Below are positions 13,469-26,285 of a DNA stretch of 64,000 nt, in pieces. A program made the translations under genes and the position numbers. The DNA is from Laetmonice hystrix. Lineage: Eukaryota. The notes beneath the pieces were generated by a model. That model did no database searches. It was not told the origin of the DNA and saw only the letters and a list, made by a program, of their open reading frames with translations. Positions within the stretch are counted from its first letter, which is position 1. Each line of letters opens with the position of its first letter. The stretch covers positions 3,410,001 through 3,474,000 of the forward strand of contig OZ249442.1 in assembly GCA_965235115.1 (NCBI GenBank), read 5' to 3'.

Positions 13469-13988
13469 CGACCCTGTCCTCAACCAAACCTCAACTCCAC
13501 GTCCTACCTGCTTCAACCCTAGATCAATACAACCGACCAAAGCCTGAAATTTGTTTTCAACCAAAAGTTAAATGAAAATTGACAAAACGTTCAGACTGAA
13601 CACATTAAGGCAGAATGATGAGTATCGTAAGTAATAGCTCTCGTAAAGATCCTGACGTTCTACCCCGGCAAATGAAGTATCAAGGGCGGGGAAAAAAGTC
13701 AACTCATCTACGGCCAGCGTTCCAAGACACATCAGGCATCAATAGTTGGCAAATTAAAAATCAGATGAGGGAACTTCAAACATTTCACCAACATACAAGG
13801 CATGGGTCAAATATAAAACTCTAAACTTGGAATGCTTCTGTGGTAATCGTACCATGTAGTACTGAATGACCATTGTGACATAGATAGACCTGCTTCATAC
13901 TAACTTAATAACGGTTCAAACCTGCACTTTACTCTGTAACGGTATAGTACAAAACATAGAATATCAACTACAAAGGGATATGTGTGCA

Positions 13989-14604
13989 GTGTGGGGTGGG
14001 GAGGGGTCGGTGTGGGGTGGGGAGGGGTCGGTGTGGGGTGGGGAGGGGTCGGTGTGGGGTGGGGAGGGGTCGGTGTGGGGTGGGGAGGGGTCAGTGTGGG
14101 GTGGGGAGGGGTCAGTGTGGGGTGGGGAGGGGTCAGTGTGGAGTGGGGAGGGGTGTCAGTGTGGGGTGGGGAGGGGTGTCAGTGTGGGGTGGGGAGGGGT
14201 CAGTGTGGGGTGGGGAGGGGCCAGTGTGGAGTGGTCAGTGTGGGGTGGGGAGGGGTCAGTGTGGGGTGGGGAGGGGTCAGTGTGGGGTGGGGAGGGGTCA
14301 GTGTGGGGTGGGGAGGGGCCAGTGTGGGATGGGGAGGGGCCAGTGTGGGGTGGGGAGGGGTCAGTGTGGGGTGGGGAGGGGCCAGTGTGGGGTGGGGAGG
14401 GGCCAGTGTGGGGTGGGGAGGGGTCAGTGTGGGGTGGGGAGGGGCCAGTGTGGGGTGGGGAGGGGCCAGTGTGGGGTGGGGAGGGGTCAGTGTGGGGTGG
14501 GGAGGGGTCAGTGTGGAGTGGGGAGGGGTCAGTGTGGGGTGGGGAGGGGTCAGTGTGGGGTGGGGAGGGGTCAGTGTGGGGTGGGGAGGGGGTCAGTGTG
14601 GGGG
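13989..14604. repeat. 21-bp G-rich minisatellite, about 29 copies
   Basis: Unit gtgtggggtggggaggggtca/cca, three GGGG runs per unit. Confidence 0.96.
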
Positions 14605-14705
14605 TATATATTATTACCACTGTGACAGTTTCAGCCAATAAACCCATCTCGACAATCTGCCATGGACACACAAGTCTCTGTACTGTGGCCCACTATGTGG
14701 ACACG

Positions 14706-15745
14706 TCTAGGGTCTTTATACCTGTTTGGATGGAGCGTGGGCACATCTAGGGTCTTTATACCTGTTTGGTTGGAGTGTGGGCAAGTCTAGGGTCTTTATT
14801 ATACCTGTTTGGTTGGAGTGTGGGCAAGTCTAGGGTCTTTATACCTGTTTGGTTGGAGTGTGGGCAAGTCTAGGGTCTTTATACCTGTTTGGTTGGAGTG
14901 TGGGCAAGTCTAGGGTCTTTATACCTGTTTGGTTGGAGTGTGGGCAAGTCTAGGGTCTTTATACCTGTTTGGTTGGAGTGTGGGCAAGTCTAGGGTCTTT
15001 ATACCTGTTTGGTTGGAGTGTGGGCAAGTCTAGGGTCTTTATACCTGTTTGGTTGGAGTGTGGGCAAGTCTAGGGTCCTTATACCTGTTTGGTTGGAGTG
15101 TGGGCAAGTCTAGGGTCTTTATTATACCTGTTTGGTTGGAGTGTGGGCAAGTCTAGGGTCTTTATACCTGTTTGGTTGGAGTGTGGGCAAGTCTAGGGTC
15201 TTTATACCTGTTTGGTTGGAGTGTGGGCAAGTCTAGGGTCTTTAATACCTGTTTGGTTGGAGTGTGGGCAAGTCTAGGGTCTTTATACCTGTTTGGTTGG
15301 AGTGTGGGTACGTCTAGGGTCTTTATACCTGTTTGGTTGGAGTGTGGGCAAGTCTAGGGTCTTTATACCTGTTTGGTTGGAGTGTGGGCAAGTCTAGGGT
15401 CTTTATACCTGTTTGGTTGGAGTGTGGGCACATCTAGGGTCTTTATACCTGTTTGGTTGGAGTGTGGGCAAGTCTAGGGTCTTTATTATACCTGTTTAGT
15501 TGGAGTGTGGGCAAGTCTAGGGTCTTTATTATACCTGTTTGGTTGGAGTGTGGGTACGTCTAGGGTCTTTATACCTGTTTGGTTGGAGTGTGGGCAAGTC
15601 TAGGGTCTTTATACCTGTTTGGTTGGAGTGTGGGCACATCTAGGGTCTTTATACCTGTTTGGTTGGAGTGTGGGCAAGTCTAGGGTCTTTATACCTGTTT
15701 GGTTGGAGTGTGGGCAAGTCTAGGGTCTTTATACCTGTTTGGTTG
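14706..15745. repeat. 40-bp minisatellite, about 26 copies
   Basis: Unit tctagggtctttatacctgtttggttggagtgtgggcaag; period 40. Confidence 0.97.
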
Positions 15746-16304
15746 AGGGCTATAAGACCTTTGAACAGTCTAGCCGGTCCCGTTGACATGGTCACCGCCG
15801 CCTGGTAGCGTGTTGTGTCACTATCAGGGACCCACAGGTTACCTGAACTGGTCGGCCGACACCTGCTGATGGCGCTCAGGGTCAGGGGTCAGGTCAGGGA
15901 CTACCGGCGAACTCGATCCCACACCTGAGCACATCTGGTTACAAACCCAACACCTCACACCTGAGAATCTCGAGTCCCTCATCGTAACACCGACATGATA
16001 TTTCATACCTTGTTGTTACCATACACTTCAAACGCCGAGTAGCACGAGTAGTGGTCAGAAGTTTTCCTTAGATCATGCCAGAGAACACCTAACAAATGCT
16101 TGGTGCAATCGCCCAATTCTTATACTACTTATCGAGGACTTGCTTATAGCAGTAACTTAAGAGTAAGTCAACTCCACCAAACATTGGCCCCTACCTTGAA
16201 TCGTTCATTGGTATAAATTAAAACGGATAGATGCTGTCGTGCTGGGATGAGACAAGCGATGAAAAGTTAAGTTTTCAAACAGCTGTCTTCAGTTTAAGTG
16301 GCTC

Positions 16305-16985
16305 CTTGTGGGGGTGTCCTGCGTGGATTCCAACGTCAGGAACTTGTGGGAGTGTCCTGCGTGGATTCCAACGTCCAGAACTTGTGGGAGTGTCCTGCGT
16401 GGATTCCAACGTCAGGAACTTGTGGGAGTGCCCTGCGTGGATTCCAACGTCAGGAACTTGTGGGGGTGTCCTGCGTGGATTCCAACGTCAGGAACTTGTG
16501 GGAGTGTCCTGCGTGGATTCCAACGTCAGGAACTTGTGGGAGTGTCCTGCGTGGATTCCAACGTCAGGAACTTGTGGGAGTGTCCTGTGTGGATTCCAAC
16601 GTCAGGAACCTGTGGGAGTGTCCTGCGTGGATTCCAACGTCAGGAACTTGTGGAAGTGTCCTGTGTGGATTCCAACGTCAGGAACTTGTGGGAGTGTCCT
16701 GCGTGGATTCCAACGTCAGGAACTTGTGGGAGTGTCCTGCGTGGATTCCAACGTCAGGAACTTGTGGGAGTGTCCTGCGTGGATTCCAACGTCAGGAACT
16801 TGTGGGAGTGTCCTGTGTGGATTCCAACGTCAGGAACTTGTGGGAGTGTCCTGTGTGGATTCCAACGTCAGGAACTTGTGGGAGTGTCCTGTGTGGATTC
16901 CAACGTCAGGAACCGGGAGTATCCTGCGTGGATTCCAACGTCAGGAACTTGTGGGGATGTCCTGCGTGGATTCCAACGTCAGGAA
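16305..16985. repeat. 38-bp minisatellite, about 18 copies
   Basis: Unit cttgtgggagtgtcctgcgtggattccaacgtcaggaa. Confidence 0.97.
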
Positions 16986-17827
16986 TGGGAGGTGTTTTTC
17001 TGTGGTTGATCAGAGAGATTTAAGTCCCATGTGTCTATCTATACCTGGTCGAGATAATTCTGGTATATACTCCAGGTAATCACCTGGGTTAATAACATAA
17101 TTTACCAGTTGTTCTTTGTACCGACATCTTGTCGACTTTTCACTGCCGGGTGGGGTGGGGGTGGGGGTAGGGGGGAGGTTGGGGGGGGGGGGACATCAAG
17201 GTTTTGATTGCTATACTTGCCGGGACAAGCGTTATATTTTATATTACACTCCTCTAACCCACACCAGATTACTACGTGATATTTCATGCACTACGCTGAC
17301 ATCGAAAACCAGTTTTTCCTGGCAGTGTGTTTGCATGTATATTGAAATGCTCCCATCAACTTATTTGTTCCGTATCCAACCACGACAGACATCCCCAGTT
17401 TTTAGCTGCGGTATGACACTTCGCCGGATGACAAGTGTTTTGTAGAGGTCGACTCAACAATATAAAAACCATATATCGTAGGCAACAATTTTATCAGGCT
17501 AACTAGAATTTAGATGAGCTGATTGTATCTGACCTACGGATAACTTATCACACGGTTCTCACAGAAATCCCCCAATTTGAGTTTCTGCCAGCCTGGTGGG
17601 AATAGTGTGGAGTTGGATTGTTCCGTGAGTTTGACAAGGCCAGACACATTGCTGAAGTGTGGCTCTCCACACGTAATAATGCTCAGAAATCGGTGCCATG
17701 CATTGTTAGGTAGTACATCAGGGTACTTATGTCACTAATCACATTAGTCAGTGGAGGTGTACATGTACAAGACAGTAGGAGTATTTGGTGCATGACTTGA
17801 TGTTAGTGTCGTTCACGGATGTCCCTC

Positions 17828-18591
17828 GGGGCCTGAGACCGGTATACAGCCGTCACCAGGCCGCCCCCGCCCCCACCCTCCCGGCCCGGCCCGGCGGTCA
17901 CAGGGCCCGGGACCTGGTCAGGGCCACTGGGGCCGGGCCGGGGTGTCTGACCGGTATACCGCTGTCACCAGGCCGCCCCCGCCCCCACCCTCCCGGCCCG
18001 GCCCGGCCCGGCGGTCACAGGGCCCGGGACCTGGTCAGGGCCACTGGGGCCGGCCCGGGGTGTCTGACCGGTATTCCGCTGTCACCAGGCCGCCCCCCGC
18101 CCCCACTCTCCCGGCCCGGCCCGGCCCGGCCCGGCCCCACCCTCCCGGCCCGGCCCGGCGGTCACAGGGCCCGGGACCTGGTCAGGGCCACTGGGGCCGG
18201 CCCGGGGTGTCTGACCGGTATACCGCTGTCACCAGGCCGCCCCCGCCCCACCCTCCCGGCCCGGCCCGGCCCGGCACGGCCCGGCCCGACCCGCCCCCGC
18301 CCTCCCGGCCGGCCCGGCCCGGCGGTCACAGGGCCCGGGACCTGGTCAGGGCCACTGGGGCCGGCCCGGGGTGTCTGACCGGTATTCCCCTGTCACCAGG
18401 CCGCCGCCCACCCCCACCCTCCCGGCCCGGCCCGCCCCCGCCCTCCCGGCCCGGCGGTCACAGGGCCCGGGACCTGGTCAGGGCTACTGGGGCCGGCCCG
18501 GGGTGTCTGACCGGTATACCGCTGTCACCAGGCCGTCGTCGCCCCCCCCCCTTCCGGCCCAGCGGTCACAGGGCCCGGGACCTGGTCAGGG
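17828..18591. repeat. Very GC/CpG-rich tandem repeat, 6 copies of about 110-165 bp
   Basis: Constant core gaccggtat...gtcaccaggccg and cggtcacagggcccgggacctggtcaggg, with variable (ggccc)n between. Confidence 0.93.
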
Positions 18592-20378
18592 GATCAACCT
18601 CCCGCCCAGACACAGTCACACTGTGCCGACACACAACAATGCAAACAGTTCCCTCGCCCTGCAACTCACTGCTGGCACAATAATTCGTGTTTGTGTAGGT
18701 AAAAATAGTACTTACCAATGTTTCACTGACCAGATATATGTCATTGACCCTTGTTGTCCCTTTTCCAGTATTTTCCTTTCACTTAGATATACATTCCTTC
18801 AAAACAGCTCGCGAAATATATTATTTAAAAAAAATTAAATAGAATAATAAATAATGGATAAATATTTCCTCCAATACCGGGTACCTGAACAAAGGACCCA
18901 GGTGGTCACCGCACGGTGTACGAATAACATGCAAATTAGATGACATGGATGGAACGGTAATTAATTAATTACCTAGGGTAATTCCTGAGTAATTAGTTGT
19001 CAAGGCAAAAGAGTCTTTGCTACCATCCATCAAAACTGACTCGAGCGTTCGTCCAGTAAAATCAGCGGAATTTCCTCTCAAAAACGACAAAAGCGAATCA
19101 CTAGAGTTGGATAACGAGCGATCGGGCTGCGTTTCAGCGTCAGTCGTTCGCCTTAATTAGGCTTTAACCAGGCTGGTTTTTTCTTCTCTTTAAAACAGGT
19201 GTTCACTTGCAAATTTGGACAGTGAGTAGAAATGAAAATTACTGCAGTCCGGTGAAACCAGTAGATCACCTTAATTGCCCATATGTCAGTGGATGTGCAT
19301 GCAAACTCAAAATTTCAGATCTTTAAAATGCCAAACTCGGGAATTAGTCATCGTGCTTACCTGCTCTGTGGGCTTATCTAATTGACAGGGCCCTGGTGAA
19401 ATATGCAAAGTGAAGAAGAATTCTGATTGCTAAACGCATTGGGTTGTCGTAACGATGATGTGTCTCATGATGTAACTACTGTACATGGTGTGTGAGATCA
19501 TGATGTACGAGCACCTCTTCAACGAACGCCGCGTCTCATTACCATACAGGCAACGAGGTCCGTGTACTAGTGTCACCGCATACTCTATCAATGCATCACT
19601 CAAATAATACATATAACATTGGCTTCAATTTTCAATGACTTCCTTAATTGCTGCCCAACCAGCGCTCACTACATTAGCCATTTGCAAGTAAAATTAAAAA
19701 AACTCCCTAACGATATTGATGTCATGTCCTTCCTGCCTCGCTAACCGACTCTGTCGTCAACCCAAGGAAACTCGACACATGAACTACAAACCTGTCTAGG
19801 TATCGTTTAATTACACCCATTAATAAAGATCGAATCTGTAACGGTTGCCATCTACAACACCGCGACTTTTCATAGTCGTAGAAATCCAATTACTCCGTCA
19901 GATTTCTGTTTGTAATCTAAATGAAGTTATCAATTTTTAATTCTAATGAAAATGTATTTATCCCGAGTTCGGCATGCATCAAACTGCATCCTCCTCGCTG
20001 GGCCGACTCAAAAAGGCTGTCATGTCGGTCGACGGCAGGCACAATCGACCGTTGCCATGTTGCTGACCCATTCATTACTGGGCAGATACAGTTAAAAACA
20101 AGTCGCTCTGACAGAAGCTATATATCACCGTGTAAGTTATACCCCAGGAGGAATGTTAAACAAAGACTACACTGGGCAGCAGACTGACAGCATGCCAATG
20201 TAACATGTTAGGGTGGCACACACATGTTACCATGTAACTTTACATGTACACTGACATGATATGCATGTGACTTTCAATCAAGCCAAAGCTTCACGCTAAG
20301 GTCAAATATGCAATTTTGATCGCCATACAGGTATCAGCAGCCTGTCACACGATTCTAAACTTTAGATATAATCTAAAA

Positions 20379-20885
20379 CCACAACTAGTACAAGATAACG
20401 TCTTGTACTCAAGGAGCCCCGGAACCACAACAAGTAGAAGATAACGTCTTATACTCAAGGAGCCCCGGAACCACAACTAGAACAAGATAACGTCTTGTAC
20501 TCAAGGAGCCCCGGAACCACAACTAGTACAAGATAACGTCTTGTACTCAAGGAGCCCCGGAACCACAACTAGTACAAGATAACGTCTTATACTCAAGGAG
20601 CCCCGGAACCACAACTAGTACAAGATAACGTCTTGTACTCAAGGAGCCCCGGAACCACAACTAGTACAAGATAACGTCTTGTACTCAAGGAGCCCCGGAA
20701 CCACAACTAGTACAAGATAACGTCTTATACTGAAGGAGCCCCGGAACCACAACTAGTACAAGATAACGTCTTGTACTCAAGGAGCCCCGGAACCACAACT
20801 AGTACAAGATAACGTCTTATACTCAAGGAGCCCCGGAACCACAACTAGTACAAGATAACGTCTTATACTCAAGGAGGCCCGGAAC
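20379..20885. repeat. 46-bp minisatellite with internal hairpin, about 11 copies
   Basis: Unit ccacaactagtacaagataacgtcttgtactcaaggagccccggaa; contains AGTACAAGA-5nt-TCTTGTACT. Confidence 0.97.
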
Positions 20886-22411
20886 ACTTCGACATATTGC
20901 AAAGGATCTAGTCCAGCGTGCAACTGATCAAAGCGTACAATATAGCAATACACATGTACTATTTTCATTATTATCTGACTAGATTATCAAATGAGTTTTA
21001 TGGTATGTTGATAATCCTGCAAAAAGGCAGCAGGCACCAAGTGCATCAACCTTTCATCTTAACTGTAAACTTTCAACCAATAGGAAATAGCCATTCATCA
21101 ATGAGACAACAATGGCTGAAAAACAAACTTTTCTGATGGATGAATTCTGAAATGATGTTTCATCACTGTCCCGCATGAAAAACTAGTTCCCCTCTCATAC
21201 GCAGTTAATCACTGTGCTTTGTTTACTTTGCTTTCAAGCTGTGTTTTGCATCATTAGATAGATGGCCGGGCTGGCAAATCTGTCATTGTGTCATGAAAGT
21301 TCTCCCATGATTGATTCGTCAATCCCTGGACACGTAATGAATTGAAATTCTAAAAAAGTTACAGAGTCATCAATTATTTATGCAGGTGCTAACATATCTG
21401 TCTTTTGTAATCTACTCATTACTTGACGGTGATTCATTTTGACAGGGTGGGTTGGGGGGTGTCAACAATTACTGGGTCAGGAGAGTACGTTTTAAACTTG
21501 TCTCTCGGTCAGTTACAAACCCAGACGACATCACTAATCCCCGCAGCCCGCCAAGAACGGACTCGGTGTATAAAATGTTATCTTTGATTACTCCCTACAA
21601 CTGTTGGCAAACATCCACGATCGTCTTGTCCTCACTGCCCAGGTGCATAGTGGTAATCTATAGCTATATAATAAATATAAAACGATGCACTCGTTCTCAT
21701 ACCGTTGGGCTCTGCTGTTTTAAACCTTGTACAACCTGGCTTCATGTCAAACCGTATGTACGTCATAAAGTATGGAGTTGTGTCAGACAAAAACTACCAT
21801 AATATATGCCAGATCGGAATCTCTCTATACGGAAGGACTGAGGTAAACACTTATGTACGTCGGATGTTGCAGAATTAGTGACCTTGACACCCAACCAGGA
21901 CAACCCCCAGTCATTGCATTGTTTTGGTGAACCCTTCATTCAAAAGCTCGGAGTGTTACGCAACGATTGGTGACAATGGTCACTGAAATGCCCCGTCAGA
22001 CCTCAAGCTATTTACATCTGAATACAGGTCCCCCAAGATCATGTTTACACAAGGGTGTCCCTTGCCCATGAAAGGGTTCAGACGGACTCTCCAATGTTGT
22101 CATTCCTGCTGACACTGACTGAAGCTCTGACTGCCGTGTAACGTTCCCTCTGACCACGCACTACTTACAGAAGCATAACTTTCGATCCACACCATACATT
22201 TTCTTTCTGTTTGCATCAATTGTTGTCCAAGGCTTCTGGCTTTCGAATGAGGGCTTCATCAAAGCAATGCGACGACTATGAGTTGTACCCTTAGAAAAAA
22301 CGCCACTAATTTTGGAACATCCCTCGTAATTGTCGTTAAAACGTCGCTCGGAACTCTTTCGTTATGAATAATTTATCTACCCATTTGTGCATTGAACACC
22401 AACCTTAGGGA

Positions 22412-22660
22412 GTCGGGAATGTCTTAGCCGAACACGGACTGGTCTTGTGTTTGACGTAAACGTCGGGAATGTCTTAGCCGAACACGGACTGGTCTTGTGT
22501 TTGACGTAAACGTCGGGAATGTCTTAGCCGAACACGGACTGGTCTTGTGTTTGACGTAAACGTCGGGAATGTCTTAGCCGAACACGGACTGGTCTTGTGT
22601 TTGACGTAAACGTCGGGAATGTCTTAGCCGAACACGGACTGATCTTGTGTTTGACGTAAA
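22412..22660. repeat. 50-bp tandem repeat, 5 copies
   Basis: gtcgggaatgtcttagccgaac starts at 22412, 22462, 22512, 22562 and 22612. Confidence 0.96.
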
Positions 22661-23977
22661 ACAAAGAGTTTATCTGACTGAAACGTGTTCGTAGGGAGAA
22701 TTTCACTTTCACCAACAAAATGTTTACCCAAGCCAGCTTTTCCTTCTCCATTTAATAATCATTTCAGCTGTGTGCGTTTCTTATTCCGTAAACTCTGTGC
22801 GTTTCTTATTCCGTAAACTCTGTGCGTTTCTTATTCTGTACTCTCCATGCAATCAGAATCTCCGTACACGTAACAGCCAGGAAAGTGGTAGCATAACAAA
22901 CTACAGTAGAAAAGCCACGATACGAAACTTGTAATGCTCGCTCTCAGTCGCCTGGCAGTCTTTGGTGGGCCACATACCGGGGAGTTCTCAAGTTTTACAT
23001 ATTTTCTAACATCTCATTTATCGTTTTCAAAACATTTCTTTTCCCAGTCTTGAAACAGGTCCTGTTCAGTGAATGTCTCTCACGCCCATTTGTCAGATGA
23101 CTACATGTATTTATTTCGACGGGTACAACCATTTGAGTTGTTGTGTCTTATCAGGAACCAGGAGTTTGCATCCTTTTTTCTAAGGTCAGTTTTTGAGGCA
23201 AACAGTGCTTATACTTCAAAGACCCTATGGCAAGTGATGTGGTAGTAAATCAAGTTAAATATTATGTTTCCCTTTCTTGCTGCAAGGCCTCTGTGGTTGG
23301 TTTGCACAATAACGCCTTTTTATTCTTGCTGTAGAATCTTAAATGATAATGTTCCTCCAAAATACGGCACTTCAAAGCTTTTTTTTTACCGAGGAGCGAT
23401 ATCCCGGAACACAAATTTATATTCTGTCAGAGATCTGAACTGCTTTCACAACGTGTGGAACCCCGCTTTTCACGCTGGGGAAAACACATAATATTGTTAC
23501 ATCATTCGTATCTATTCCTCGCATTTTCGTCTGCCTTTTCTAATTGAGCAAACTTGGTCTCTAAACGATATCAATGACGCCGATACTTCATATCGGCGTC
23601 ATTGTGATCGCACACAGCCGCTGGCCGTGTATAGGGGGCGCCAGCGTACATTACCCGTACAACTCGGTGAGGGCGGGGTCCACTGCAGCGCCAACCACCT
23701 CATACAATGCCCAGCAACAATAGTAGAAGTGACAAGTCAGCAGTGATAGCTCCTTGTAGCTCAATAACAGAATAAGCTGTACTTGACAAGAGCTGCCTGA
23801 CATCAGACCCTGTCGCTGTTCACAAGTCAGAAAACGACGTCCTCGCTTCCATTCACAGCCCGGCCGGCAAACACTCCCGCCCCCTCCTCATCTTCAGCTG
23901 GGCCAACTCTTGCCGGCCGCTTTTTACCGCTTGTCTTGTGACAATTCAAACATGTTATATCCACGGGCCAAGTGACA

Positions 23978-24515
23978 NNNNNNNNNNNNNNNNNNNNNNN
24001 NNNNNNNNNNNNNNNNNNNNNNNNNNNNNNNNNNNNNNNNNNNNNNNNNNNNNNNNNNNNNNNNNNNNNNNNNNNNNNNNNNNNNNNNNNNNNNNNNNNN
24101 NNNNNNNNNNNNNNNNNNNNNNNNNNNNNNNNNNNNNNNNNNNNNNNNNNNNNNNNNNNNNNNNNNNNNNNNNNNNNNNNNNNNNNNNNNNNNNNNNNNN
24201 NNNNNNNNNCAGCCAGCAGCAGCAGCCAGCAGCAGCAGCAGCCAGCAGCAGCCAGCAGCAGCCAGCAGCAGCCAGCAGCAGCAGTCAGCAGCNNNNNNNN
24301 NNNNNNNNNNNNNNNNNNNNNNNNNNNNNNNNNNNNNNNNNNNNNNNNNNNNNNNNNNNNNNNNNNNNNNNNNNNNNNNNNNNNNNNNNNNNNNNNNNNN
24401 NNNNNNNNNNNNNNNNNNNNNNNNNNNNNNNNNNNNNNNNNNNNNNNNNNNNNNNNNNNNNNNNNNNNNNNNNNNNNNNNNNNNNNNNNNNNNNNAGCAG
24501 CAGCAGCCAGCAACT
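23978..24515. other. Two N-runs (23978-24209, 24293-24495) within a CAG/CAGC microsatellite
   Basis: Ns of 232 and 203 nt with (cagc/cag)n between and after them; sequence unresolved. Confidence 0.95.
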
Positions 24516-24791
24516 GGCCAGCGTGCAGCAGTTTCAACATCCCAACTCCATTTCCCAAATTTGCCAGTGTCAGTGGCAGCACGGCCAAGGGATGATATAT
24601 GGGGGGCAGAGCGGCGTCCCCCATCCATCTGTCCGTCTGTCATTCAGCACACAAAATGCCAACAAAACAATCACAAAGCCTTTCCCATAAAACCCCTGCT
24701 CCCCCATAGAGCTCGCTGACCGCATACTACTACTAACCCCACCACAAGCAGCCATCTTGATGTCGAGGGTATATGGTAACTGTTAAAGCTG

Positions 24792-25292
24792 GTTATTGGT
24801 GAGATAGTGGCCTCTATTAGAGAACTACATGATGTCCGTTATTGGTGAGATAGTGGCCTCTATTAGAGAACTACATGATGTCCGTTATTGGTGAGATAGT
24901 GGCCTCTATTAGAGAACTACATGATGTCCGTTATTGGTGAGATAGTGGCCTCTATTAGAGAACTACATGATGTCCGTTATTGGTGAGATAGTGGCCTCTA
25001 TTAGAGAACTACATGATGTCCGTTATTGGTGAGATAGTGGCCTCTATTAGAGAACTACATGATGTCCGTTATTGGTGAGATAGTGGCCTCTATTAGAGAA
25101 CTACATGATGTCCGTTATTGGTGAGATAGTGGCCTCTATTAGAGAACTACATGATGTCCGTTATTGGTGAGATAGTGGCCTCTATTAGAGAACTACATGA
25201 TGTCCGTTATTGGTGAGATAGTGGCCTCTATTAGAGAACTACATGATGTCCGTTATTGGTGAGATAGTGGCCTCTATTAGAGAACTATGTCC
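24792..25292. repeat. 46-bp minisatellite, about 11 copies
   Basis: Unit gttattggtgagatagtggcctctattagagaactacatgatgtcc; copies essentially identical. Confidence 0.97.
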
Positions 25293-25956
25293 GAGACAAG
25301 TTGATCCTAATTATTATCGACTGCCCGTGCAGTATGAACGTTAATGAAGAGATTACTACCAAGGATTTCCTTGTAACAATGTCAACAATGTCAAGTGTTT
25401 ATTCTGCTTGACTACGGGAGAAACGAAGACCGAAAAAACAACAAAATATGTATAAAGTAATAATTATGATATAAAATTCATTCGGGAGACATATAATATT
25501 GCCGGATCGAATCACCTGTACTCCTGACGAACGATTTGGGTGATTTTAAAACTGTCAAACCGGTTACAGAAATCTTTCTCAGTTTACTACTTTATTTAAA
25601 TCTTATCCAATTGTAGATAATAACGGACATCTGAAGATCACATACATGGATGTGATATTTTTTATTCCTTATTTACGACCCACTATCTTGTAAAGATCCT
25701 CTAACTCAATACACAACAATGGGAATAATATGTTTTCGAGGATGAGCAGATTTTTTGCATGGCTAATTATCGCAAACCATATCAAGTGATAAGGTTTAAT
25801 TAGTATGATATGAAAAGGGCGACCCCATTGGCCGATACGAACACCTTGTCCTCCGTGTTGGTCTGATGTTATCTTTGACTTTATGAAGTACTTCGCCTAA
25901 AACGTCCGTACGACTTCGACACACAATTACCCTGGCACAATTTGTTATATACGTTT

Positions 25957-26285
25957 CAGAACGCTGACAGATAGACACACACAGACAGAACGCTGACACA
26001 CAGACACACACTGACAGAACGCTGACACACACACATCCACAGAACGCTGACACACAGACACACACAGACAGAACGCTGACACACAGACACACACTGACAG
26101 AACGCTGACACACAGACACACACAGACAGAACGCTGACACACAGACACACACTGACAGAACGCTGACACACACACACACGCACAGACAGAACGCTGACAC
26201 ACACACACGCACAGACAGAACGCTGACACACAGACACACGCACAGACAGAACGCTGACACACAGACACACACTGACAGAACGCTG
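25957..26285. repeat. CA-rich 26-30-bp minisatellite
   Basis: cagaacgctgacacac anchor repeated about 11 times with variable (ca)n. Confidence 0.92.

Noticed and set aside
15843-15934. Candidate 92-nt internal or poison exon on the minus strand
   Set aside because: The donor is good (CAG|GTAACC) but the acceptor lacks a pyrimidine tract, and there is no homology support.
13980-17079. Long ORFs of 200-280 aa (also at 678-1742, 5962-6886, 17785-18683, 46304-46899)
   Set aside because: They are translations of tandem repeats, open in several frames at once, without splice context or domain signatures.
23827-24690. Poly-Q/poly-A ORFs
   Set aside because: They span 435 Ns, so openness is an artefact of unknown bases.
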